From positions 36,270,001 to 36,334,000 of the forward strand of contig JAGIQG010000013.1 of the NCBI GenBank assembly GCA_024679065.1: a stretch of 64,000 nucleotides of DNA, in the 5' to 3' direction. Made by a program: the position numbers and the translations under genes. The stretch's first letter is position 1, and each line of letters opens with the position of its first letter. The notes under the pieces were generated by a model that saw only the letters and a program-made list of their open reading frames with translations, made no database searches and had not been told where the DNA came from. This document shows positions 28,701 to 40,700 of the stretch, in pieces. This DNA is from Sphyrna mokarran. Taxonomy: Eukaryota.

Positions 28701-31700
28701 CGCCCACTGTCAACATCCTTGGAATTACCATTGACCAGAAACTCAACTAGACTCACCACAAAAACAGTGGCTACAACAGCATGTCTGAAATTAGGGATAA
28801 TGTAGCAAGTAACTCATGTCCTGATTCCCCAGAGCTATCCACCATCTACAAGTCAGGAATGATCCCTACTTGCCTGAATGGCTGCAGCTCCAACAGCATT
28901 CAAGAAGCTTGACACCATCTAGGACAAAGCAGCCCACTTGATTGGTACCACGTCTACAAACATTCAATCCTTTCACCACTGATGCTCAGTAGCAACAGTG
29001 TGCATCAGCTCAAGATGCACTACAGGAGTTCAAAGATCCTTAGACAACACCTTCCAAACCCACAACCACTTCCATCTAGAAGAACATCACCTCCTGCAAA
29101 TTCCCTTCCAAGCCATTCACCATCCTGACTTGGAAATATATTGCCGTTCCTTCGCAGTCACTGGGTCAAAGTCCTGGAATTCCCTCCCTGTGGCATTGAT
29201 TGCAGTGATTCAAGGAGGCAGCTCACCACCACCTTCTCAAGGGCAACTAGGGATGGGCAATAAATGCTGGCCAGCCACTGATATCCATGCCCCATGGATG
29301 AATAAAAAACATTGTTCAAATTTGTAGCATCTGCAACTTGAGTAACTCATCCTTTAAATAAAACTTATTGTGCCCTCGTACAACTGAATGTTTTGATGAC
29401 CAATTTGCATATTTGTTGAATGGATCTGTGCGGTCCAAATTTAGAAAATGGGTGTCAAATCAACAGTATTGGCCAGGTAATGCCAGAATGGCACTCGTTC
29501 AGGTGCTTTCAGCATCCACAGTAGACGTCTGCCCAAATGCCATTTTCAGGATACTACAGGTTGGGTAAGCAGCAGTCAACAATGCACTTTCTCCCAGGAG
29601 GGTGAATGATTTGCTACAGATCCAAATTGATATATTTTTAATACTTTATGGGCATGCAAAATCATAAAGGATTATAACTTCAGCTAGCTCTAATGATATA
29701 TAGGAGACTGTGCTTCAGTGATGATATCACTGATAGTCCAGAGGCTTATGGGGGGTGGGGGGACCTCTGAAATGGTGTGGTAATTAGGCAGGAGAAATAA
29801 ATGCTGGTCTTGAAATTTTCGTTCAAAATGAAGGCCCAAAATCGAACAACATTCAAACTGAATGCCAATCAAATTATTATTTTTCCCTGAAAAAGTGGCT
29901 TGATAGTACTCTGTTTTAGGCAGGGAAACCTGGAGTACCTAAAATCACAAAATACAAGTGCGACTAATGTTGACCTTTCACAAGGAAGCAGAACCTCAAC
30001 TCTGAAGGAATACTAGCAAAACAATTGTCATGAAACAGCATAATTTCTTCCAAAAACAGGCAAGGGAAAAAAATGCATGTATTAAGTTCACAGTAATTAC
30101 AACAGAAGAGTAATACTGTATGATTCAAATACAAGGCTGATTTATCCATTCATTGTAGCCCAGCATCACTACTGTCAGAGCAGATTTGTATCATATTTTT
30201 GACAGGTTTGATTCTGAGGCATAGCTGCCAGTGGAATTCATCCATCATAGTGTGACATGAGTCTCCAGAGTTCTTGGATACACAACCAGATAGAACCAAC
30301 TCACTACAGTGGGTAGTTTATTGTTCAACAGAGGGTAGCCAGGGACAGGTACAGCTGGCTTGTCCCAATACACCTCCCATTTGCTGATCAGAGTGGCTTT
30401 GATGGTGGTTGTAGAGTAGTCTGCATCCAAGACCATCCTGCCCTCTTGTCTAAATGGAGGACGCATGGTAGCAAGCAACTCCTCTGGGAGATAATAGGGA
30501 TAAAATGGGATTTACAAAAAGAAAAACCTCCCAAGGGTTGCAATGCAACACCTACAATGCCAAACAATCCAAAACAGGTTTTTGTCATCTGAAATATAAG
30601 CATCATAAATTATAATTCAAATCAACAGTGTTCGAATGTTATTGGCATCAGTTTTGCAAATGAGTTCAAAATCAGAAATACAAGTAATTCAAACATGGCT
30701 GTGAAGTAAAGGTTAATGGCACATATTACTTGATTTAAACCTTTATTGCTTGGTTTTGCATTGAACGATAAGAAGAACAGTTACTTGGATCCATCTAAAT
30801 AATACACTGCCAATAGAGCCACAATTAAGATGCCAGGCTCATAAGCTACATAAATATGTCAATCAACAGCAGGCAACAGAGGTTGTTCTTTGAGGTTTAG
30901 ATTCAAATCTAATCAAGAACAATATACAATCATAGAATCCTGCAGTGCAGAAAGAGGCCCTTCAGCCCATTGAATCTGTACGGCACACAATCTCACCCAG
31001 GCTCTAACCCATATCCTACATATTTTACCCACTAACCCCTCCAACCTACACATCCCTGGACACTAAGGGACAATTTCTTAGCATGGCCAATCAACCTAAC
31101 CCGCACATCTTTGGACCATGGGAGGAAACTGGAGTACCTGGAGGAAACCCATGCAGACACGAAGAGAATGTGCAAACTCTACACAGACAGTGATCTGAGC
31201 TGGGAATTGAACCCAGGACCCTGGAGCTGTGAAGCAGCAGTGCTAACCACTGCTGCCCCATGAGTGTCATAATACTTCTCACATGCAGGGAGAATAGCTC
31301 AACGAAGTGCAAAGGAGTAGAGCAGGAAAGTGAAAAAAAGAGGGGAAAATAAGAGAGTTGGAGTGGTCAGATGGTGTGGGTGTTGTGGAAAGAACCAAAG
31401 CCATGGTCAATAAAAATGGCTTCATACTTGCAATTATGACAAGAGGAGTTGGATATCACAGGAACTTGAGCAGGGTATCAAGGAATTACAAAAAGGGAAG
31501 ACAAATATATTACTCTTCATCTTTTTCCAGGCCTAAGGGATTGTAGCTGAAAGTGGGTGCCAAAAATACAAATACTCCAAATCACCTCATTTGGATTTTC
31601 ATACAATTCAAACAAAATTATTAAAAATTGCAAGTACAAATCTTGGCTTGTTTTCAGTCTTCCACATAACAGGTGTGTGGGACATATGCTAGTCCCATGG

Positions 31701-34700
31701 AGACACAAAGCACAAGTTATAAGGAGTGAACTAGTCATTTCAAAAACAGGGACATTATTCATGTTTCCAACATTAATGTCAAAAATAATATGCAACTATA
31801 TTATTTGACTTAATTCATGTGAGTAGGACAAGAGACACAGGCTTAAAATAAAATGTCCAGAGGCTAAAATTGCCCTTTTTGCACCCTTGTTCATACCCTT
31901 GTTTTGCACCCTTGTTTTGAAATGAGGAGGGCAGCTACCAAACAGAGTCAGAGTCTGCTGACAAACTTATAACAAAAGAATAGAACATTAAACAAGAAAA
32001 TATGACTTATAGTACAATGTGCCTATGTCCCAACTATACCTTTACAAATATATACAGATTTTGAAATGTTCTCAAAAAGTTAAAAACATGGTCAGACATT
32101 GCACATACTGAAACCAAAATGCCACCCAAATCAACTTCTACAGATTTCTTATCAAGTTCCCTCAGTCGCTTGTCACACAGAATTCTACCTGGAATTCTAC
32201 CTTTTACATGAAGATTTCAAAACTCTGCTATAAAAGAATGTTCCTTGGAATCTTCTCCCAAATGTGCTTTTTCCTCAGACGTCTTCACCAAGGATCCATC
32301 TCCAGGGTTTCAATTCTCCTTCCAGTGGTTCTCTGTTCCTGGGTGGTCACGTGCATTCAAAGCTGTGTCTTTCACGTACTCTTTCAGACATTCAACCATA
32401 CCAATGGAACACTACTCCTTCTTGTATTTCTGGCTTCTGGCAAGCTTATCCTGCTTTAATCTGCTTCCATCAGCTTTGTCTTTTAATCTAGGGTCTTCCT
32501 CTGCTCTTCACTCAACTTCACTGAACAGGATTTGTTCCACAATCCTGATTTTGTTCTTAGACTTGGTCCCTTGAGATCCAGAACTTACTTGACATTCACT
32601 ATGTTAACTTTAGAACAATCCAGCTAAGATTCTATATTATTTCCCCAGAAATTTGCAAGCATGTACAGCTAGAGAGACTGAATTGTTTCCTCCACTTTAA
32701 AAGTATAATCACTAACTGAACCTTGAACAACTTCTTCACCTTTCTTCACTCTCTGTTCTGTCAGACTACGTGGTCAATATCTAATTTGGATAAGCCTTAA
32801 CTTCCTGCAACTAAACACTAGGAAATTAAAAGCCGTGACTTGTCCATGACTTGCCTGAGTTTGCAAAACCTCACTTACTTTACTGTCTGGAGACAATACA
32901 CATCTCTTTAACCTGTGCTCAGTGCTCCATCCACTCACATTGTCAGCCACTTTAAGACTTGAATAGCAAGTTAGGTGTAAGGATTTGCATTCTAATCAGT
33001 AATCTGTAAACTGTCTGTGCTGTTACATGTACTGTGGAGACCAGAACACTCATTCACCTGCCGGAGAAGTCAAAACACCTTGAAAGCTTGCGAGTTTACT
33101 ATCAAATAAATCAGATGGACTTAAACCTGGTATTGTCAGACCTCTTATTGTGTTTACCCCAGTCCAACGCCAGCATCTCTACATCAAATTAAAAGCTATC
33201 ATTTTTGACCCCATCACAAAAATCCTTACCACAAACTCATTGCCTCTTCTCAACTACTGTCAGTGGCCAAATTTTCTAGTTAAAACCTTTCCACTGTTTA
33301 AGCCAAAGCTGAGATTTCAATTCCCACATTGTCTCCAGCAAAAAGACCCACTTCTCGGCCTGCTGCTCAAATGCTCATTCATACTTTTGTCACCTCCAAG
33401 ATTAATTTAGCTTTGCTTTCACCTTTCACAATCTTCAGCTCATCCAAAACTTTACTGCTTACATGAAATAATATGCCAAGTTCGGCATACTGCCTGATTA
33501 ATGTTAATTCCTTTACTGATCAGTCTAGAATATGTTCTAGAGAAGAATTCACTTCCTAACTAAACTTTCATCTTAAATGATATTCTGTGATATGTTTAAT
33601 TCTGAGTATACACTACTCATAAGTTAACAGTGTATCAACCCCAGAAAATCAAGTGCAATGCCATTGAGTTACTCTGCACATCCTGTTAATTTATGTAGTA
33701 ATACAAGCTCACATCATGTATAATATAAAATGGAAGACAAAGAAATAAAATAAATTGCATTGGCTTAATTTATAGTCATATGACAATTAATGCAAAACCT
33801 AAAAGATCACGAGGCAATCAATAGTGAATAATTAGTTTCTGCATTTAATTTCTGCAGATAAATGCAAATATTCTTACTCAGTTATCTTTAAAGTTTGTTT
33901 TTAACTCAATATAACTTCCTGGTCAACTGTTGATGACCTCTCTTTTATTAATCCCAAACACGCTACATACAAGTCTCCTTATCAGATTTCAAACAGGACC
34001 CAAACCTTCCTGTCACTTGCCATTTCACCTCATCACCCTGTTCTCTTGTCCACATGTCCATCTTTGGCCTTTTGCAATGGTAAGAACTCAGTAAGAATTT
34101 AGCAACACCAATTTATAATCCAACCGATTTATTTGATAGTAAAAAAGCGAGCTTTCGACTCCTGTGTCTTCCTCAGGCAAATGCAGTGTTCCGGTCTGCA
34201 ATAGCACACATCAGCACAGACGGTCAGAGATTGCTGATTAGAATGCGAATCCTTACATCTAACCTGCTATTCAAGTGTTAAAGTGGCGAACAATGTGTGT
34301 GAAGGGAATCCTGAGCATTGGTTAGAGAATTGTGTATTTTCTCCAGACAGCACAGTAAGTGAGTTTTTTTGCTAACCCAGGCAAGTTACGGGGGTTACAG
34401 ATAGTGTGTCATGAAGCCAAGATCCCTGTTAAGACCGTCCTCATGTGTGCGGAGCTTGGCTATCAGTCTCTGCTCAGCGACTCTGCGCTGTCGTGTATCA
34501 CGAAAGCCCCCTTGAAGAACATTTACCCGCAGGTCGGAGGCCGAATGCCATGACTGCTGAAGTGTTCGCCCACAGGAAGGGAACTGTTTTGCCTGGTGAT
34601 TGCTGAGCAATGCTCATTCATCCGCTGTCGTAGTGTCTGCATGGTCTCCCCAATATACCATGCTTCGGGACATCCTTTCTTGCAACGTATTAGGTAGACA

Positions 34701-37700
34701 ACGTTGGCCGAGTTGCAAGTGTATGTACCGTGTACCTGGTGAATGGTATCCTCACGTTTGATGATGTTGTCCATGTCTATGATCCGCATGTCTTGCAGAG
34801 GTTGCTGTGGCAAGGTTGTGTGGTATTGTGGTCACTGTTCTCCTGAAGGTTGGGTAGTTTGCTGCGAACAATGATCTGTTTGAGGTTGTGTGGTTGTCTG
34901 AAAGCAAGTAGTGGGGGGGGTGGGGATGACCCTAGCGAGATGTTCATCGTCATCAATGATACGTTGAAGATTCCGGAGAAGATGTCGTAGCTTCTCCGCT
35001 CCGGGGAAGTACTGGACAACAAAGGGTACTCTGTCCACCGTGTCCCGTGTTCGTCTTCTGAGGAGGTCAGTGCGGTTTATCGTTGCAGCACGTCGGAACT
35101 GTCGATCGATGAGTCGAGCGCCATATCCTGTTCTCACAAGGGCATCCTTCAGCGTCTGGAGGTGTCTTTCACGTTCCTCCTCATCTGAGCAAATTCTGTG
35201 TATACAGAGGGCTTGTCCATAGGGAATGGCTTCTTTAACGTGTCTAGGGTGGAAGCTGGAGAAGCGGAGCATTGTGAGGTTGTCTGTCGGTTTGCGGTAC
35301 AGTGAGGTGCTGAGGTGACCGTCCTTGATGGAGATGCGTGTGTCCAAGAATGCAACTGATTCTGGAGAATAGTCCATGGTGAGTCTGATGGTGGGATGGA
35401 ACTTGTTGATATCATACAGTTGTTTCAATGATTGTTCACCATGAGTCCAAAGGAAAAAGATGTCACCAATGTATCTAGTATATAACATTGGTTGGAGATC
35501 TCGTGTGGTGAAGAAGTCTTGTTCAAACCTGTGCATGAAGATGTTGGCATACTGAGGTGCGAATTTGGTCCCCATGGCTGTTCCGTGTGTCTGGATGAAA
35601 AGCTGATTGTTGAAGGTGAAGACATTGTGGTCCAAGATGAAGCGGATGAGTTTTAAAATTGCATCTGGAAACTGGCAGTTGTTGGCATTGAGTACTGAGG
35701 CAGTTGCAGCAATACCATCATCGTGGGGGATGTTGGTGTAGAGCGCCGAGACATCCATTGTGACAAAGAGTGTCCCTGGTTCAACTGCTCCATGTGTGCT
35801 GAGTTTCTGTAGGAAGTCCGTAGTGTCAAGACAAAAGCTGGGGGTTCTTTGTACGATGGGTTTCAGGATGCCCTCGATATAGCCAGAGAGGTTCTCACAC
35901 AGGGTCCCATTGCCCGATACGATGGGACGGCTGGGTATGTTTGCCTTGTATATCTTTGGGAGGCAGTAGAGATCTCCAATGCGGGGAGTACGTGGAATGA
36001 AAGCCCGGAGGGTGTTCTGAAGGTCCGGATCAAAGGTTTTGATCAGTGTTGAGTTGACGAGTGTGTTCTTTGGTTGGATCTGCTGGTAACTGTCTGTAGT
36101 GTTTCTCATTGTTTAGTTGTCGGTACACTTCTTCACAGTAGTCCGCTCTGTTCAGTATGACGGTGGCACCTCCTTTGTCTGCTGGTTTGATGACAATGTT
36201 GCGGTTGGTCTTGAGAGCACGGATGGCCTTGCGTTGTACTTGGGTGATGTTCGGGACTGTCTTGTAAGTGCGGTTGATAAATCTGGTGTTCACGCACCTC
36301 CATTCGGCCTCCGACCTGCGGGTAAATGTTCTTCAAGGGGGCTTTCGTGATACACGACAGCGCAGAGTCGCTGAGCAGAGAATGATAGCCAAGCTCCGCA
36401 CACATGAGGACGGTCTTAACAGGGATCTTGGCTTCATGACACACTATCTGTAACCCCCGTAACTTGCCTGGGTTAGCAAAAAAACCTCACTTACTGTGCT
36501 GTCTGGAGAAAACACACAATTCTCCAACAATGCTCAGGATTCCCTTCACACACATTGTTCGCCACTTTAACACTTGAATAGCAGGTCAGATGTAAGGATT
36601 CGCATTCTAATCAGCAATCTCTGACTGTCTGAGCTGATGTGTGCTATTGCAGACCGGAACACTGCATTTGCCTGAGGAAGACACAGGAGTCGAAAGCTCG
36701 CTTTTTTACTATCAAATAAATCGGTTGGATTATAAATTGGTGTTGCTAAATTCTTACTGAGTTCTTACCACCCCAATCCAACGCCGGCATCTGTACATCA
36801 TGACTACTTTTGCAATGGTCCAGTGAAGCCCAATAAAAATCTAAATGCCCTTATCTTCCAATTTTATTTTTAATACATCTAAAATGTTGCTTTCCATCTT
36901 GTTTCACCCTGCTCCCGTGTATCATCTGCCACATTCCTACATCCTGCAACTTTCTTCTTCCATTTACACATTCCAATCTCTTAAGAGGCTCCTATCACCA
37001 TTCCTAGCCTCTCTCATCACCACTTATATTCTCTTTGCCCATGCTATTCCTATTAATTACAGCCACACCCTCCTCCCCTACACCTTCACAGTATAAATCT
37101 TGTCCTATTTTTGTTTTCAGCTCCAACATAAGGACACTTTGACTCAAAACATTGGCTCTATTTTCTCTCCACAAATGCTGAAAGACCTGCTGAGATTTTG
37201 CAGCATTTTCTGTTTTTGATTCATTAAAGTGGGAAATCATATAGATCCTTTACAACTTTGAAGTCAAATATTTATGTGCGACTCTACTTAAGGTCATGTT
37301 AATTCGTAGCGTTAGATCAAAGTTATCCAGTCAGTAGTCACTTTAACATCCCTTTCCTCCCAGTGTGCACATACCCATTGAGTGACAAGCGCCACACAAT
37401 TCCACCAAATTTGAGCTCTTTAACTTTGATCATTGTGCTGGCATGATCAAGTGACTCGTGAGCTTGAAATACTGGTTATCAATGTGCAAACACAGATGGT
37501 TTGCATGCTTGAAATGTTAGACTCAGACACCAGCATCATTACAACTAATTTCTCAGCAATGCTATCCATCACTTAGAGCAATAAAGTGACAAAGATGTTT
37601 GATTGCGCAGAAATGAAACATTGCTGTTGCCTTCAATTAAGTAATAAACATGCAATATATTTTAAAAATGCTGTCATCTTGCCTTTTTTCTCTGGCAGCA

Positions 37701-40700
37701 AAATGATGACAAGGCAGGCTGCACCTCCCAAAAGAAGGAACCCTGCTAGCGTCCGTCTGCGACCTGACCTAATGGAAAAGCAGGAACAACGATGACTGAG
37801 AACAAAAGGCAGCTTTTCTGTGGACATCTTTGTGGCATGGTATTAGCTCTGACTTTTCCATGCAAACACTGATAGTTGATTCTATTAACTGCATCTTCTA
37901 CACTTACAGATACTCAAAGAAACTCTAATACTCACAAGAGGACTGAATAAACAAAATATAATGTTATTCCCTTTCATACTGGATAGTTAACATTTCAAAA
38001 GTCCAGAATACTGAAAAAGTACAAAATGGGAAACTATTTTTGGTTTTTATTTCCATTTTAAAAGACTAGATGTTTCTTAAGAATATGTCACACAAAACAA
38101 ATTGTTAACTGCCTATGCTAAATAGGTTGTTTAATTTGTTAAAGACACCTAACATTTGATTGAAAATATATATAATCTTGTATCATCAGGTCACAGAATA
38201 AAAATTTATCAGAAGCAGTTCAAAAACCAATGAATTTCTTTGAAATGCCAAGTAATTGGGTGACATCCATTTTGTGCTCTTATCAGAATTTCACATGCAG
38301 CAGAATCATTAAAACCATTTTTGACTTTGTTGGCTGAAAGGACGACCAAGGACAAGGAAAATTTTGTGAACTTGCTAAATTAGCTTTTCATCCAAAAGCC
38401 AGCCAATACAATATCCCCCAGTGCTACAAAAAAAAATCTTTATATGTTAAATTCAGGTGTAGGGGTTGAATGCACATTTGTTTTGATTCAGAAGGGGAGA
38501 TAGTACTGCTAATGGAATGAAGCAGAGTGTAGAAATTAACCTCTTGAACCAGACAATCATTAGCTTAAGCTAATATTCAATAATTATACCATTAAGAACA
38601 AACAGTGCCTGGTTTCCGGACATTAGTGTGAAACAATTTAAGGATGGTTAAACACTGTAAATGGTTGTCAGCATGGACCTCAGAGCCAGTTAAAGTTAAG
38701 AGTGAAGTGTGAAGTGGACATTCTCTATAAATGGTAAATACCATCAACGTTTTCGTCAGTTTAATTTCTGATACTGGCAAAATATATCAATGAGTGCCAA
38801 TCTAAAATAGGAAATCATTTTAGAAAGTGAGACAAGTGGCAAATAAATTAGGAAGGGGGAGATCTTGTGAAATATCAACACTGTGGCCCTAGTATAAATA
38901 CTGTTGCTACAAGAGCAGGTCAGAGGGTAGGGATTTTGCAGTGAGTAACTCATCGCTTGACTCTCTAAAGCCTGTCCACATCTACAAGGCACAAAACAGA
39001 AGTCTGATGGAATGCTCTCCATTTGCTTAATGAAAAACATCAACAACATTCATGAAGTTTAAATCCATCCAAGGCAAAGCAGCACTCTTGACTGCTGCTT
39101 TACACAAACATTCATTTTCCCCACCACCACAAAACAATGGTAACAGTGTACACCATTTACAAGATGCGCTGCAGGAACTTATCATGGTTCATTAGGCAGC
39201 ATCTTATAAATCCACTGCCATCTAGAAAGGTCGGGACAGCAGACATGTAGGAGTTCCCCTCCAAATCATTTACCATCCTGACTTGGAAATATATCACTGT
39301 TCCTTCACTGTCGCAGTGTCAAAATCTTGGAATCCGCTCCCCAAGAGCACCGTGGGAATATTATATCTCAGGCACTGCAGAAGTCAGCTCACCACTACCT
39401 TCTCAAAGGCAACTAGGGATGGACAATAAATGCTGTCCTAGCTAGTGACACCCACATCCTGTGAATGAACTAAGAAAAATATAGATCAGATAAGGGATTT
39501 GTCAACTCACCAAGTGCGGTTCATCAGAAAGTAACAGAGAGGATATGAAGGCAACTCAGCTAATCCAGAAAGTGCTATGTTTAGATATCGATTACCACCC
39601 ATGTCACCAGCATTGAGAGTCAGACCATAATACACAAGGCTGCATATTAACCTGAGGAGGAAGAAAAGATACAGCAAAATTGACAAGTATGTTATTTAGA
39701 AATTCAAGTCAAATATTCCTTGTTTTATTTCCAAGGATAGATACATGGAAACACCACCACTGAAAGTTCCCGTCCAAGTCACTCATCATCCTGACTTGGA
39801 GAATCACCACCACGGGGGTCAAAGTCCTAAAACTCTCTCAAATAGCACTACAGTTGTATCTACACTAAACTGACTGCAGCAGTTCATTAAATTAGCACAT
39901 CATCACCTTCTTGATGGGCCTAGCCAGCAGAATCCACATCCCATAAGTTAATTAAAAGATATATTTTCTTCATATTCATTAATAATGACGAATAAATGAT
40001 AAAGTATAACATTTAAGTAGCCTAAAAAGCTTTCAAAAATGTTAACAATATAGTAACAGAATAGAAGACCTCAAAAGTTAAGAGACCAAACACAGCAGTA
40101 CAGAAAAATTCTACGATTTGAAACTTTTAAAAAAATTACCATGCTCTCAAAACATCAAAGTGCAAGTAATTATTCCTGTAATTCTATATGTACTGAATGC
40201 TAGAATGTAACTGGTGACAACTTTGCTTTGCATATAATGTGGCCTATGGTAACAAGCTACAAGGATCAGCTGACCCGGAAACCATGGAACCAACTACAGA
40301 ATGATGTGATGGTCAGATAGTCAGCATAAGTCACTATAAAGAAGAGCTTTTGGGAATTGAGGGGAACTTGGATTGGCCCAAGGAAAGGCCCCAAGTTCGG
40401 AATAATGAAGTATCTTTACCGAACCCTTTCTTTGATTTATAAGTTGAGTAAATTTTGTTATATTTTTATTGTCTACGTTTGAAGTGTTCCTTCTGAAGAA
40501 ATATTGAACAACAGATTCCAGGATCTGAGAAGAACGTTGTGGGATAAGAAAGTCTCATTTACCAGACTGGTCTCAAGTCTCACTGTAGCAGATTGGACAT
40601 AAATGATTAGTCAGTTTGGTCTGAAATATCTTACAACATATCACACAGATATAGAGTACATATACAAATTGATTTAACCCAACCAGTCTATATTGCCATT

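Larger units (their letters stand above)
34078..36806 (-). mobile_element. Penelope-like retroelement (RT plus GIY-YIG), 5'-truncated, with inverted pseudo-LTRs and a 13-bp TSD
   Basis: [48 protein letters not shown] (YxDD mutated), [27 protein letters not shown]; several frameshifts. Arms 34078-34547 and 36301-36770 are inverted. CTTTTGCAATGGT occurs at 34069-34081 and 36807-36819. Confidence 0.95.
33990..37220 (+). mobile_element. Old Penelope-like 3' remnant (33990-34081 and 36820-37220) that hosts the young insertion
   Basis: [10 protein letters not shown]...[14 protein letters not shown] reads across the empty site like the GIY-YIG C-terminus; Penelope-type tail (ctctccacaaatgctg..agacctgctgag) at 37160-37220. 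Confidence 0.65.
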
